Of a stretch of DNA of 64,000 nucleotides, positions 37,509-46,931 are shown in pieces (the first letter of the stretch is position 1; every line of letters starts with the position of its first letter). The notes beneath the pieces are model-generated. The model was given only the letters and a program-made list of their open reading frames with translations. It was not told the origin of the DNA and ran no database searches. This stretch comes from Dehalococcoidia bacterium (GTDB taxonomy: Bacteria > Chloroflexota > Dehalococcoidia > Lucifugimonadales > UBA2962), in assembly GCA_965219325.1 (NCBI GenBank), contig OZ244723.1, positions 1,642,158-1,706,157 of the forward strand, written 5' to 3'. The position numbers and the translations under genes are program-made.

Positions 37509-40184
37509 TTGCAAATGGCTACACCGACGTACAAGTCAATTTATTTCCGAGACTTTCCGGGTCGTGACTCCCGGCGTAAGGCCCTGACGCTCGCCGTTGG
37601 GGCTGGGGAGCCAGACCTCGCTAGGGCGATCCGAAGCATGAGTAGCCACCAACTTCGCACGGCAATCGGCTGCTCGTCATATTCAGCGCTTGTGTCTGAG
37701 GCAGCCTCAGCGGACTTGCCCGTGCACACTTTCTGCATACGTGCCCTCAAGAGATGGATGCGCAGGCGCGACGCGGAGGTAGTATCAGATCTCCCGGGCC
37801 TTGGCGGCCCAATCAGCCATCTCATCACGTTCTCTGAAGATCGGGCAGCTCCCTTCCAACGCTGGTTCCCGCTGCTAGAGGCGTATTCCCTCTCATTTGT
37901 GGAACTCTTGCTCGCCGAGCGTAGGGAAGATGCCTCGCGCGTCTTCGATCCCTTTGGAGGCGTGGGAACTACTCCGCTCGCAGCCGCGTTGAGAGGTTCA
38001 TCAGCGTTCTATGCCGAAGTTAACCCCGTACTACAGAAGGTCGCAGCCGCCAAGTTCAAGGCACTTGGCCTGAGCGAGGCGCAACGCGCCACGGTGGTGA
38101 GTGAACTACGGTCCTTGGCCGACCAACTGCCCACAATAGTCGAGGGCGCTGGAGCTGACCAGCAACTAAGGGACGCCTACGGACGCACATTTGGTAGCAG
38201 TGAATTCTTCGACGGACATACCTTTGAGTCCATTTTGTCAGTACGGCGCGCCATAGATGTGTTGGAGACGAGACTTGACCTTACGCCCGACCTTTTCGAG
38301 ATTGCAGCAGTCGCCTCTCTCCAGCCTGCATCATTCCTTATCCGAGCGGGTGACCTGCGGTACAGGAAGGGCCGCGAACTTGATCGAATGGAGCCTTTCA
38401 TGGACGGGCTCCACAACCGCGTTCTGGCCATTGCAGACGATATCGAGGCAGCCGAGGTGATTGCTGAGCAACCGCTCTTGGTAGCTGAGGACGCACAGAT
38501 GCTTGATCGGATTCGCCCGCTTGGTATTGACGCGGTGGTCACGAGTCCACCGTATTTGAATGGGACCAATTACATTCGGAACACGAAACTCGAACTATGG
38601 TTCGTCAAGGCACTGAAGTCGAAGGCAGACCTTCGTTCGTATCGCGACGCTGCAATCACTGCGGGAATCAACGATGTTCGGGGAGCCGAAGTGCCAGCTC
38701 GCTTCGACGCTGCACGCGCGGTGATATCTGACCTGAAGAAGAACGCTTATGATTCCAGAATCCCTAGGATGGTGTCGTCGTATCTCAATGGGATGTCCCA
38801 GGTCTTCACTGGCCTTGCCCATCACATGAAAGCAGGCGGCCCCGTGTTCCTGGACATCGGAGACTCTGCCTACGGCGGGGTCCACGTTCCAACAGACAGG
38901 CTGCTGGCCGAGGTAGCCTCCGGCTGTGGATTCCGATTGCTAGAGAGCGAAGTACTCAGAACGAGAATGTCCCGAACGGGGATCGCCCTCTCCCAAGCAC
39001 TCCTCACCTTCGAGTTCGTGCCTCTCCGCAGTACTGCGGAGAGGCGGGCGACCGCACAGTCATTGCGATTCAATGGCAGGTGGGAGGCCTTTAAGATCAA
39101 CCTGCCCCACCAGGACCCACCTTACGCGAAGCGCAATTGGGGCAATGCGAGACACAGCATTTGCTCTTACCAAGGAAAGATGAAGCCTTCTCTCGCCAAT
39201 CACTTGGTTGATGTCTTTGCACCCGCGGACGGCGTCGTCCTTGATCCCTTCGCCGGGGTCGGAACAATTCCATTCGAGGCTTGCCTCACAGGTCGTCGAG
39301 GCATCGGATTCGAGATATCTCCTGCCGCTTTCGCAATCATGACGGCAAAATTGACTCCTCCGAGCCGGTCGGAGGCTTTCAGCCTTATTGACGAACTTGA
39401 GGAGTATGTGAGCACCGCCGCAATTGAAGAGACCGATCGGTCCGCAGCTCGCGAAATAGCTTTCAACGGTCCCCTAGAGGAATACTTTCATGAAACGACG
39501 TTTAAGGAGATACTGGCAGCGAGGATATATTTCCAACGCCTAGAGGAAAGTCCGGCAAAGGCATTCGTTCTTGCGTGTCTCCTTCACATCCTGCATGGGA
39601 ATCGACCTTACGCATTGAGCCGTCGCTCCCATCCGATAACTCCATTTTCACCCACTGGGCCAACTGAGTATCGTGCTCTTGTGCCTCGCCTTCGTGAGAA
39701 GGCCAGACGCACAATGGACGCTCCCTTGTCTGAATCTTTCGTGGAAGGAGAGGCACTTCTGCAAGATGCGACTGCTCCTTGGACAGGAATCGCCACGGAC
39801 ATCGATGCGATCATTACTTCACCACCGTTCTTCGACAGCACGCGCTTCTACCTCGCGAACTGGATGAGGCTATGGTTTTGCGGTTGGGAGAAGAAAGATT
39901 TCTCGCTGGAGCCGCGCAGATACGTCGATGAGCGGCAAAAGCGCAGCTTCACGGTTTACCAGGCTGTGCTCCGACAGGCCCGCGAGCGACTCAAACAGGA
40001 TGGCGTGCTGATCCTGCATCTGGGCAAGAGCCGAAAGAGCAACATGGCGGATGCGCTGGTGCGCGTCTCTGCTCCGTGGTTCCGAGTCGTCGACCGATTC
40101 GATGAGAGCGTCACCCACACTGAATCCCACGGAATTCGAGACAAAGGTACAGTGACGTCTCACCAATATCTCGTTTTGGCCTAG
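37509..40184 (+). CDS. Tandem two-module DNA methyltransferase (N6A/N4C type)
   Basis: Module 1: FDPFGGVGTTPLAAA (motif I) and VVTSPPYLNGTNY (motif IV). Module 2: LDPFAGVGTIPFEAC and IITSPPFFDSTRF. The likely ATG is at 37515. Confidence 0.85.
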   Translation: MQMATPTYKSIYFRDFPGRDSRRKALTLAVGAGEPDLARAIRSMSSHQLRTAIGCSSYSALVSEAASADLPVHTFCIRALKRWMRRRDAEVVSDLPGLGGPISHLITFSEDRAAPFQRWFPLLEAYSLSFVELLLAERREDASRVFDPFGGVGTTPLAAALRGSSAFYAEVNPVLQKVAAAKFKALGLSEAQRATVVSELRSLADQLPTIVEGAGADQQLRDAYGRTFGSSEFFDGHTFESILSVRRAIDVLETRLDLTPDLFEIAAVASLQPASFLIRAGDLRYRKGRELDRMEPFMDGLHNRVLAIADDIEAAEVIAEQPLLVAEDAQMLDRIRPLGIDAVVTSPPYLNGTNYIRNTKLELWFVKALKSKADLRSYRDAAITAGINDVRGAEVPARFDAARAVISDLKKNAYDSRIPRMVSSYLNGMSQVFTGLAHHMKAGGPVFLDIGDSAYGGVHVPTDRLLAEVASGCGFRLLESEVLRTRMSRTGIALSQALLTFEFVPLRSTAERRATAQSLRFNGRWEAFKINLPHQDPPYAKRNWGNARHSICSYQGKMKPSLANHLVDVFAPADGVVLDPFAGVGTIPFEACLTGRRGIGFEISPAAFAIMTAKLTPPSRSEAFSLIDELEEYVSTAAIEETDRSAAREIAFNGPLEEYFHETTFKEILAARIYFQRLEESPAKAFVLACLLHILHGNRPYALSRRSHPITPFSPTGPTEYRALVPRLREKARRTMDAPLSESFVEGEALLQDATAPWTGIATDIDAIITSPPFFDSTRFYLANWMRLWFCGWEKKDFSLEPRRYVDERQKRSFTVYQAVLRQARERLKQDGVLILHLGKSRKSNMADALVRVSAPWFRVVDRFDESVTHTESHGIRDKGTVTSHQYLVLA

Positions 40185-40268
40185 CGAGGCGTCGCCAGAA
40201 GGGACAATCCTCCGCATTGCGGGTGTGTAACTCAGTGGGGCTGGGCCATTCGGACGGGCCTGCTCAAG

Positions 40269-40840
40269 CTACTTCACGAAAGCGGCCAGGAATGCCCAGC
40301 CATCGTCCTGCACCGACATCTCGATTGCTCGCTCAGCCATCTTAATCCAGTCTGAAGATGCCACCTCAGCAAGATGGGCTTCAAGTTCCGGCCGGGGAGA
40401 TAGGTTTTCCGTTCGACATATAGACAAAGACCGCGCAAGCATTGACGAACGACTTGGGCGTGTTCGATCTGCCGACGCGCATGACAAACAGACCTTGCTC
40501 ACAAATTCTGGTGGCCAATCTCGTGTAGTCGCTGTCGCTGGAAACAATGCAGAAACCTTGGACGTTACCAGCATGCAACAGGTCCATAGCGTCGATTATC
40601 AGGGCGCTTGTCCGTGGAATTCTTGCCGACGGTGTATCGGAACTGCTGCGTGGGTTGGACTGCGTGCGCGTGAAGGGAATCCTTCCATCCAGACAATTGA
40701 GGCCCCGTCCAGTCGCCATAGACGCGTCGTGTGGTGACGATTCCATACTTGGCTGTCTCGAACAGGACGTGCGCAAGGAGGGTCGGCTGCGCGTTATCCC
40801 CATCGACCAGCATGGCGATTAGTCGAGATTCTGATGCCAT
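40269..40840 (-). pseudogene. NYN (LabA-like) ribonuclease-domain gene, frameshifted
   Basis: Three overlapping ORFs in different frames together give IAMLVDGDNAQPTLLAHVLFETAKYGIVTTRRVYGDW, then ALIIDAMDLLHAGNVQGFCIVSSDSDYTRLATRICEQGLFV, then a C-terminal tail. Confidence 0.65.
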
Positions 40841-41293
40841 ACCGTCAACATACCGGATGTAGAGCGCCTGTCCTCAAGGCATCGGGCTGCCGCGCCTAGG
40901 CACTCCTCAATCCACCATTTGTCCTGCGGCTAAGGGCAACGCAGTCTGGCTATGTGTTCAGGGAACAATGGTCATTTGGAAGTTCAGGTAAGTGGCCTGT
41001 TGCACAGCCGGTCCCACTCCTCGTCAGTTCTGATCATGCCGATGCAGGCAAGACCAGACCGGGATCGCCGCGCATGTTGACATGGACGCCGCAACTCCCC
41101 TCACTGCAACCAAATTAGAATGCTGGGCCATGGTCCTGCCTTGCCGGTGAGACCAGGCGGATGCCGCCAGCGTCCATGCAACGCGGGAGTTGCCAAATGC
41201 GCCGCAGGTGGCGGTACAGACTCTTCCATCGACGCCCGTGCGAAGCGAAGAATCCCGTTCTAGCCAAGGCGCAGGGGATCGGACCTTCCTGCC

Positions 41294-42121
41294 TCAGTTT
41301 GAGACCGGCGGGTTACATCCTTGACAGATGCGAACATCCCGCCCCGTGCCTGTGGCCTTGTTCAATGCGGCCTCAGCGGTCTCAAATCCCTCGTGGTATT
41401 CGCCAGTAGGCGGTTTGGTGCTACTCACACCACCGTGCATCTTGAGGTAGCCACAAGTCGCTCTATGAACGGCGGCGTAGTTGTGGATTCTGTTTTCATA
41501 CACGGAATAGCGCAAGGCTAGTTCTCCAAACCGAAACAACTCTCTGAGGACTGCCCGGGTCGCCAGCAGGGCCTGCCTAGCGTCATCATTGATCACCTCG
41601 TCTAGGGGATCGGCCTGTGGATGGGCCGCCTTGCCGCCCATGAACACGGCTGCCATGCAGTTGCGGTAGGCCAGCTCAGTTAGAAGGTCCCGACTGCGCG
41701 CCCGCTCGACCATCCTGGTCGGCGGCCCGTCTTCCAGGCCCACGGCGAGCAGCGCGTGCTGGACAACGCGGCGACACAGAACTGCGGCCGCAAGGGGCTC
41801 GTTGAACGCCAGACACCTCGCTGCCGAGACAAGAATTCCCCAAATCTCGCCGGGGACGCGGGGGATCTCCTCCAGCAACTCAGCCGGGACAACTGATCTG
41901 GGAGGCGATGTCAGCCTGGCGGGCTGACGGGGGCCCATATACGAGTGCGCGGTGGAAATGGTGACCTCATACGGAAACTTGCACGATCCGCACGTGACGG
42001 GACCCTTGTATCCGTCGTAGGTGTCCTTATCGAGATGCTGCACCGCTCCGCAGGTGGGACAGTATGGAAAGGGCATAATCGGCTGGAACCTCTCGTTGGT
42101 TGTGTCTACCCTTTCTATCAT
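41294..42121 (-). CDS. Zinc-ribbon plus DUF4145-like (HEPN-related helical) protein
   Basis: N-terminus CPTCG...CGSCK. The middle region, AARCLAFNEPLAAAVLCRRVVQHALL...AAVFMGGKAAHP, resembles the DUF4145 pattern (from memory). Confidence 0.55.
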   Translation of the reverse strand: MIERVDTTNERFQPIMPFPYCPTCGAVQHLDKDTYDGYKGPVTCGSCKFPYEVTISTAHSYMGPRQPARLTSPPRSVVPAELLEEIPRVPGEIWGILVSAARCLAFNEPLAAAVLCRRVVQHALLAVGLEDGPPTRMVERARSRDLLTELAYRNCMAAVFMGGKAAHPQADPLDEVINDDARQALLATRAVLRELFRFGELALRYSVYENRIHNYAAVHRATCGYLKMHGGVSSTKPPTGEYHEGFETAEAALNKATGTGRDVRICQGCNPPVSN

Positions 42122-42363
42122 GCCCGCTGGCCCTCTCCGCTCAGGACAGCAGCGTCCGCAGTGGCTCCGTAGACTTGTCCTCGTGGTGGCCGTTCCGTTG
42201 ACCGCTGCGGCCCCCGGCTCCGCCTGCGCCAGCCTCCTCCGTCCTCGCCCACTCGCAGTTCCCCGGCCTCGCTCTCCACGTCCTGTGCTCGTGTGAGTAC
42301 TTCCTCCACCGTCTCCGCCTCGTCCTCCTCGTCGCCGCTGACGATCCTGCGGGCCAGAGCCAT
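42118..42363 (-). pseudogene. Short 3'-end remnant of the same helicase family (copy C)
   Basis: ALARRIVSGDEEDEAETVEEV parallels LMALARRIVNGEEEEPETVEE in the remnant at 7959-8290. Confidence 0.45.
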
Positions 42364-42410
42364 CTACACGTGTCGAATTCTGATATCTATCTGGCTAGGA
42401 GCAGAGAGTA

Positions 42411-42842
42411 GTGATGCAAGATCTAGAACAAGGCATCGGTAAAGAACTGAGGGCTATTTCCTTGACCGTGGAGGGTTGGCCGCCTGCGAAAGATGGAGCC
42501 AGCTCCATATTCAAGAGAAAGCATTCACACTACCATCGCGTGATTGAACTGCGCAGGAGCATCAGACAGGCACTTGACGAATCTCTATGGGACCGGAACG
42601 AAAAGAGAGCGATCGGGCTTGAGCTAACAATCATCGCCGAGAAGCGGTACGACATCCCGGGGGATGCCACCAATTACCTAGGAGGCGTTGCTGACGTCTT
42701 ACAGGCTGACGTAGATCAGTCGGAACTTGGTAACTTGGCACAGGAGTCTCTTTATACGAACGACCGGCAAATTCAAGAGATCAGATACTCCGTGGATCAG
42801 GGTGGCTCCTGTGGTTACCGTGTGAAAATTTGGCTGCTGTGA
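42411..42842 (+). CDS. RusA-like (Holliday-junction-resolvase fold) protein
   Basis: GWPPAK (compare RusA PWPPSNN), GDATNYLGGVADVLQ (compare DLDNLQKAAFDAL) and NDRQIQEIRY (compare DDAQVVDYRV). ATG at 42414. Confidence 0.5.
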   Translation: MMQDLEQGIGKELRAISLTVEGWPPAKDGASSIFKRKHSHYHRVIELRRSIRQALDESLWDRNEKRAIGLELTIIAEKRYDIPGDATNYLGGVADVLQADVDQSELGNLAQESLYTNDRQIQEIRYSVDQGGSCGYRVKIWLL

Positions 42843-43002
42843 CTTCCGGTTATGAATGCAAAGAAATGGACGCATGAAGTGTCTCGATGTAGGTTGACCC
42901 TCGTTTGGTATCTACCTCAGCCGATTTGAAGAGGGGGGCATGTCCTGTGATTTATTGGTCGGGTGTAGCTCGGAGTAAGGAATTGAAGGTGGAGTCGACG
43001 AC

Positions 43003-44610
43003 ATGACGACTGGCAACGAATTACTTGGTGAACTGGCTGAGCAACTGGAACGGGAGCTGCGTGAGACTGGTGGAACGAGAAAGCAAAGCGAACTGTCGAC
43101 GCTCCTGCGCTTTGCGGACGGCGTGGACACTCACAATCCCGTTGATCTCTTCTGGGATATATATGAATCGCAATCCAAGTTCTCAACGCAAACCGAGCGC
43201 TTAGTGTTGGAATTTCTTGCGGGCTTGTGCGAGAGGCACCGAGTCCCTTATGTCCTGGATATGGCTGATTTGGAGATTGAGGGATTCTTCGATGGCCTCA
43301 GGACTGATACTCAACGTGAAGAGTCCGAAAGCATACCGATACCGGACAAACTCAAGGATTTGACCGTCTACCTGCATGGGGCCGCGGCCCGTGCCTTCAG
43401 GATCAAGCGACTCGAAGGTGGAGTTCTATCGGAGGACGCTCTGGATAGTCTGTTTGAGGTGGAGCGGACGATCGAGCGGCTAAATCGAGCGGGCTTTGAT
43501 GACCCCTATCTTGAGGTTGATGCCCTGTCTCTCTCGTTCCGACTCTCAGCACTCGCGATATCGGCGAAGGTGTTCGTCGAGCTCGGTCGCCTTCGAAATG
43601 GCCAAGGCGATTACGCCGGTGCCCTAAGCTACGTTGCGAAAGCTACGGAAACCTTCGGATATATCCCTTTCTACGCAGTGATGGGGGGAGTAGACAACAG
43701 TTGGCCAACAATTCGGACTGAGCAGTCTGAACCTCCCCAGCATCCATCCCTATTGGGTCATCTGGAAGAAGGAATAGGAGGAATATCGCCGCAGGAAGTC
43801 GCTTCTATGTTCAGTTCGCTCAAAGGGCATGGACGCGCCTCCAGTTGGTTTCAGGTTGCCGCGGATTGCAGGATCTTGGGTGAAGCCGAGCATATCTTTG
43901 GGAACGATGCGCTTGACCACGATACAGGTCAGATCTCAGAACTGGTCGAAGACGAACGGGGCGAGCGAAGGCTTTGGACAGTATTTTGGGCGGCTGCCGA
44001 GGCATGGGCAAGTGCTCAGCTCAGCCCGAGCGACCTTCACGAGTTGCGCAAGGCGGAAAGGGACAGGGAATCAGAGGATCGCTTGGTGAATTACTTCTTC
44101 AGACGCAATTGGTCTCACTTGCCTGAAGGTGCCAGACTGCGCCTCAAGAACGCGGACGTAATATGGAACTCGCGAGAGCGAATAGGGTGGGAAGCGGTGT
44201 TCAACGAACTACGTGTCGCAATGGAAATAACTTGTCAAGAATTCATTTGGCGGCCTTTAGTTACGAGTCGCGGAGGTAAAGATTATCTCGAATTCTCGAG
44301 ATTCAAGATCGAATTAGAAAATGAACGCAAAGTTCCAGGCATTTTTCATTTTACGGAAATTTGTGAGTTTGACTGCTTTCGTGAGTTTCTTAAGCGAAAG
44401 CGTCTCAACGATATGGACGTTCGATTCATGACCGAGACTCTACCCCACGCATTGAGAAAGCTCAGACAGAAGAGAAATCCGGCCGATCACGGGACCGGTG
44501 TTCTATGGAGTCGCGACGAAGTTGGACCATACATCGATCTGATTTTAGGTATTGGGAGAGAAGGTATACTCCCTCGACTAGTAGTTATCGGACGTAAGAT
44601 ACGTCAATGA
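43003..44610 (+). CDS. 535-aa protein with C-terminal HEPN motif
   Basis: The C-terminus HALRKLRQKRNPADHGTG contains the RNxxxH HEPN signature. The N-terminal two thirds are helical and unassigned. Confidence 0.55.
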   Translation: MTTGNELLGELAEQLERELRETGGTRKQSELSTLLRFADGVDTHNPVDLFWDIYESQSKFSTQTERLVLEFLAGLCERHRVPYVLDMADLEIEGFFDGLRTDTQREESESIPIPDKLKDLTVYLHGAAARAFRIKRLEGGVLSEDALDSLFEVERTIERLNRAGFDDPYLEVDALSLSFRLSALAISAKVFVELGRLRNGQGDYAGALSYVAKATETFGYIPFYAVMGGVDNSWPTIRTEQSEPPQHPSLLGHLEEGIGGISPQEVASMFSSLKGHGRASSWFQVAADCRILGEAEHIFGNDALDHDTGQISELVEDERGERRLWTVFWAAAEAWASAQLSPSDLHELRKAERDRESEDRLVNYFFRRNWSHLPEGARLRLKNADVIWNSRERIGWEAVFNELRVAMEITCQEFIWRPLVTSRGGKDYLEFSRFKIELENERKVPGIFHFTEICEFDCFREFLKRKRLNDMDVRFMTETLPHALRKLRQKRNPADHGTGVLWSRDEVGPYIDLILGIGREGILPRLVVIGRKIRQ

Positions 44611-45085
44611 CGCAACATATCTATGTAAGTATATCTTGGACAGTTGTAGAGACTCTAGCTGGAGATACCCGGCTTCAAGCAAGTTTATGGAAGTGTGCTG
44701 CTAAAACACGGTGTTGTTCGCTAAGAAGGCCTGACCATAGATTGTCTGTTTCTCTGTGCTGTTTTGCGCCCTGTGCGCTGAGGGTTGGGCGACAGGTGTT
44801 TCCCTAGAACCTCTGGCCGGCAGACAATCCGTATGTGAGGCGGGACTGAGGCTAGTATTTCAAGAGGCCGGCACACTTGGATTGGCAGGGACAGCCACGC
44901 GGTGGCCATCTCTGCACTTTGCAGCTCTAGTGCCGTTCACTGACTGGCTCGCGCTCCCGTCCCTCCGCCCACTGAAAGAGGGACAGAGGTGGGGCTTGGG
45001 CTTCGCTCTTGAGGCCCCTGGGCCTGACCGGTTCTGCGGAGACGAAATCCGCCCATGAGAACAGCGTCCGCTGCGGCTCCGTGAC

Positions 45086-45500
45086 CTAGTCGTGGTGCCC
45101 ATTGACCGGGACCAGCCCGAGCGTCGGCCGCAATGCGTCGTGATGGCCGTTTCCGTTGACGTTGACCGGCCTCCAAGGCTCGTCTACCAGCAGCTCCACG
45201 GTCTCGGCGTCCCGCGCCTGGGCGAAGACCTCCTCCACGGTCTCGGCCTCGTCCTGCTCGCCGCTGACGATCTTCCTCGCCGTCGCCGTCGCCGTCGCCG
45301 AAGGCGGCGAACCCGTCCTCGGGCAGTTCGCCCTCGACGGCCAGCGAGTCCTGGAGCTTCCTGGTCACCAGCTTCAGGGCGTCGGCCTGCAGAGTGTTTC
45401 GGTAGCTCATGAACACGATCCTGATGGGCCGGGTCCATCTCATGCGCCACGACCGGCGCGAGGCCCGTCTCACGGTGTGAGCCAATCAGCGTCAGTCTCT
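45086..45500 (-). pseudogene. 3'-end remnant of an SNF2-type helicase gene (copy B), internally frameshifted
   Basis: HRETGLA...RPIRIVFMSYRNTLQADALKLVTRKLQDSLAVEGELPEDGFAAFG. A (GCCGTC)n tract at 45279-45300 follows, then ARKIVSGEQDEAETVEEV in another frame. Confidence 0.55.
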
Positions 45501-45511
45501 GTCTGGGGGCG

Positions 45512-46234
45512 CTATGGTTCGTCGCGTGCTGAGAGTTCCGCAAAGATCCCGAAATGGTCGGACAGCCTGCGATCGCCGTCCATGTTGCTGATCACGCCCA
45601 GGGACTCCGCCACAAGGTCATCGGTGAGGACTATGTGGTCGATGCTCCTTCGTCCCTGGTGACCGAGCGTGGAGGTCCCGATCGTCATCCCATCCGGTAT
45701 GGCTCTCCTCAGTGCCATGCGCAGGTCTACCGGCGTATGGCCTCGTTGCGAGATACGCTGGTTGAAGTCCCCCATGACGATGAGGCGGTCGGGGCGGGTA
45801 CGTGAGAGCACGCCGGCAAAGCCGGCCAGATACTCCCGATGGTCCTCCCACATCTTCCGCCCGTCTTCGGAATCCCGGACCCGGGATCTCGACCAGGGTA
45901 TGCAGGCCCCGATAACGGTGACCGGGCCTATCGACGTGTCCGTGACACCCGCCACGAACCTGCCCGGCGGCATCGACCGGTCTCCCACGTCGTCGACCCG
46001 CTCCCACGGCCGTTTGGACCAAAGCTGGACCTTTCTGCGGCCTTCCCTGATCGGGTACCCGTAGTCTTCCTGAGAACAGATCGTGTGCCCGTCTTTGAAA
46101 GACAACCCGATAACCGCCTCGGTGAGGCAGACGATCTCGGGATCATGCCGCTCTATGCGCCTACGGATCTCGACCGATCTTGGCGAGCGGGGCGTCGCCC
46201 ATTCGACGTTCCAGTTGACAAGACTCAGCGGCAT
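45512..46234 (-). CDS. EEP family protein, type 1, copy b
   Basis: 240 aa, about nine in ten residues identical by eye to 8308..9030. NWNVEW, CLTEA, GDFNQ and SDHFG are conserved. Confidence 0.8.
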   Translation of the reverse strand: MPLSLVNWNVEWATPRSPRSVEIRRRIERHDPEIVCLTEAVIGLSFKDGHTICSQEDYGYPIREGRRKVQLWSKRPWERVDDVGDRSMPPGRFVAGVTDTSIGPVTVIGACIPWSRSRVRDSEDGRKMWEDHREYLAGFAGVLSRTRPDRLIVMGDFNQRISQRGHTPVDLRMALRRAIPDGMTIGTSTLGHQGRRSIDHIVLTDDLVAESLGVISNMDGDRRLSDHFGIFAELSARDEP

Positions 46235-46323
46235 TGCACTTCGTTCCTACTCTCCCCTGGAATTGAGCCGAGTGGCATCGATTTTCATCGCTCCTCGCCG
46301 GATTGAACGGGCCCGCCCGAATC

Positions 46324-46899
46324 TCACTGTGCCGTTATGAACACGGGCTCTTTGCCGATGTACTCAAGAACGCCTCTGACCCAATCGACCGTCGCACCAG
46401 ACGTTGCAGGGCCGGTCAGCACATCGACGCGTGGCGCCAGATGCGGTGGGTCGCCCCACCTCGTCACAACGACCCTGTCCGGCCGGCCGGTCGAGGTGGC
46501 CAGCAGGCTCACATCAAAGGATGAGCCGGTGCTCGCAAGAACGGCCCGGGTCGGGCAGTGGCGGTCGAGTTCGGCCAACACCCCGCGCTTGAGTTCAATA
46601 TCATCTGCCATCGCCTCCACGGCGAAGCCGACTTCGCCCATGGCCCCTGCGACGGACGTGCTGGGGACCAGGTGCTGCAGGGCGCGGTCCGCTGTCCATC
46701 GATCCACCATACCCTGCCGTTCGAAACGGCCGAGCGCATTGCCGACATCGTCGACCGCCCGGCGCAGTTTCCCGCGCGACGACTCGACGAGCACGACCCT
46801 GAAGCCGCCGAGCGCGAGGGATAGCGCGATACCCTGTGCGGTATCTCCCACGCCGACCACGGCCGCATCGCCCACTGGTTGTATCCCCCCGTTTGGCAT
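46324..46899 (-). CDS. 3HCDH_N-like NAD-binding domain protein, copy b
   Basis: 191 aa, a close paralogue of 9120..9698 (GVGDTA, FAVEAMADDIELKRGVLAELD, VVVTRWGDPPH). Confidence 0.7.
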   Translation of the reverse strand: MPNGGIQPVGDAAVVGVGDTAQGIALSLALGGFRVVLVESSRGKLRRAVDDVGNALGRFERQGMVDRWTADRALQHLVPSTSVAGAMGEVGFAVEAMADDIELKRGVLAELDRHCPTRAVLASTGSSFDVSLLATSTGRPDRVVVTRWGDPPHLAPRVDVLTGPATSGATVDWVRGVLEYIGKEPVFITAQ

Positions 46900-46931
46900 C
46901 TACGCTCCCCGCGGGGGAGGCCGTCGCGGGG

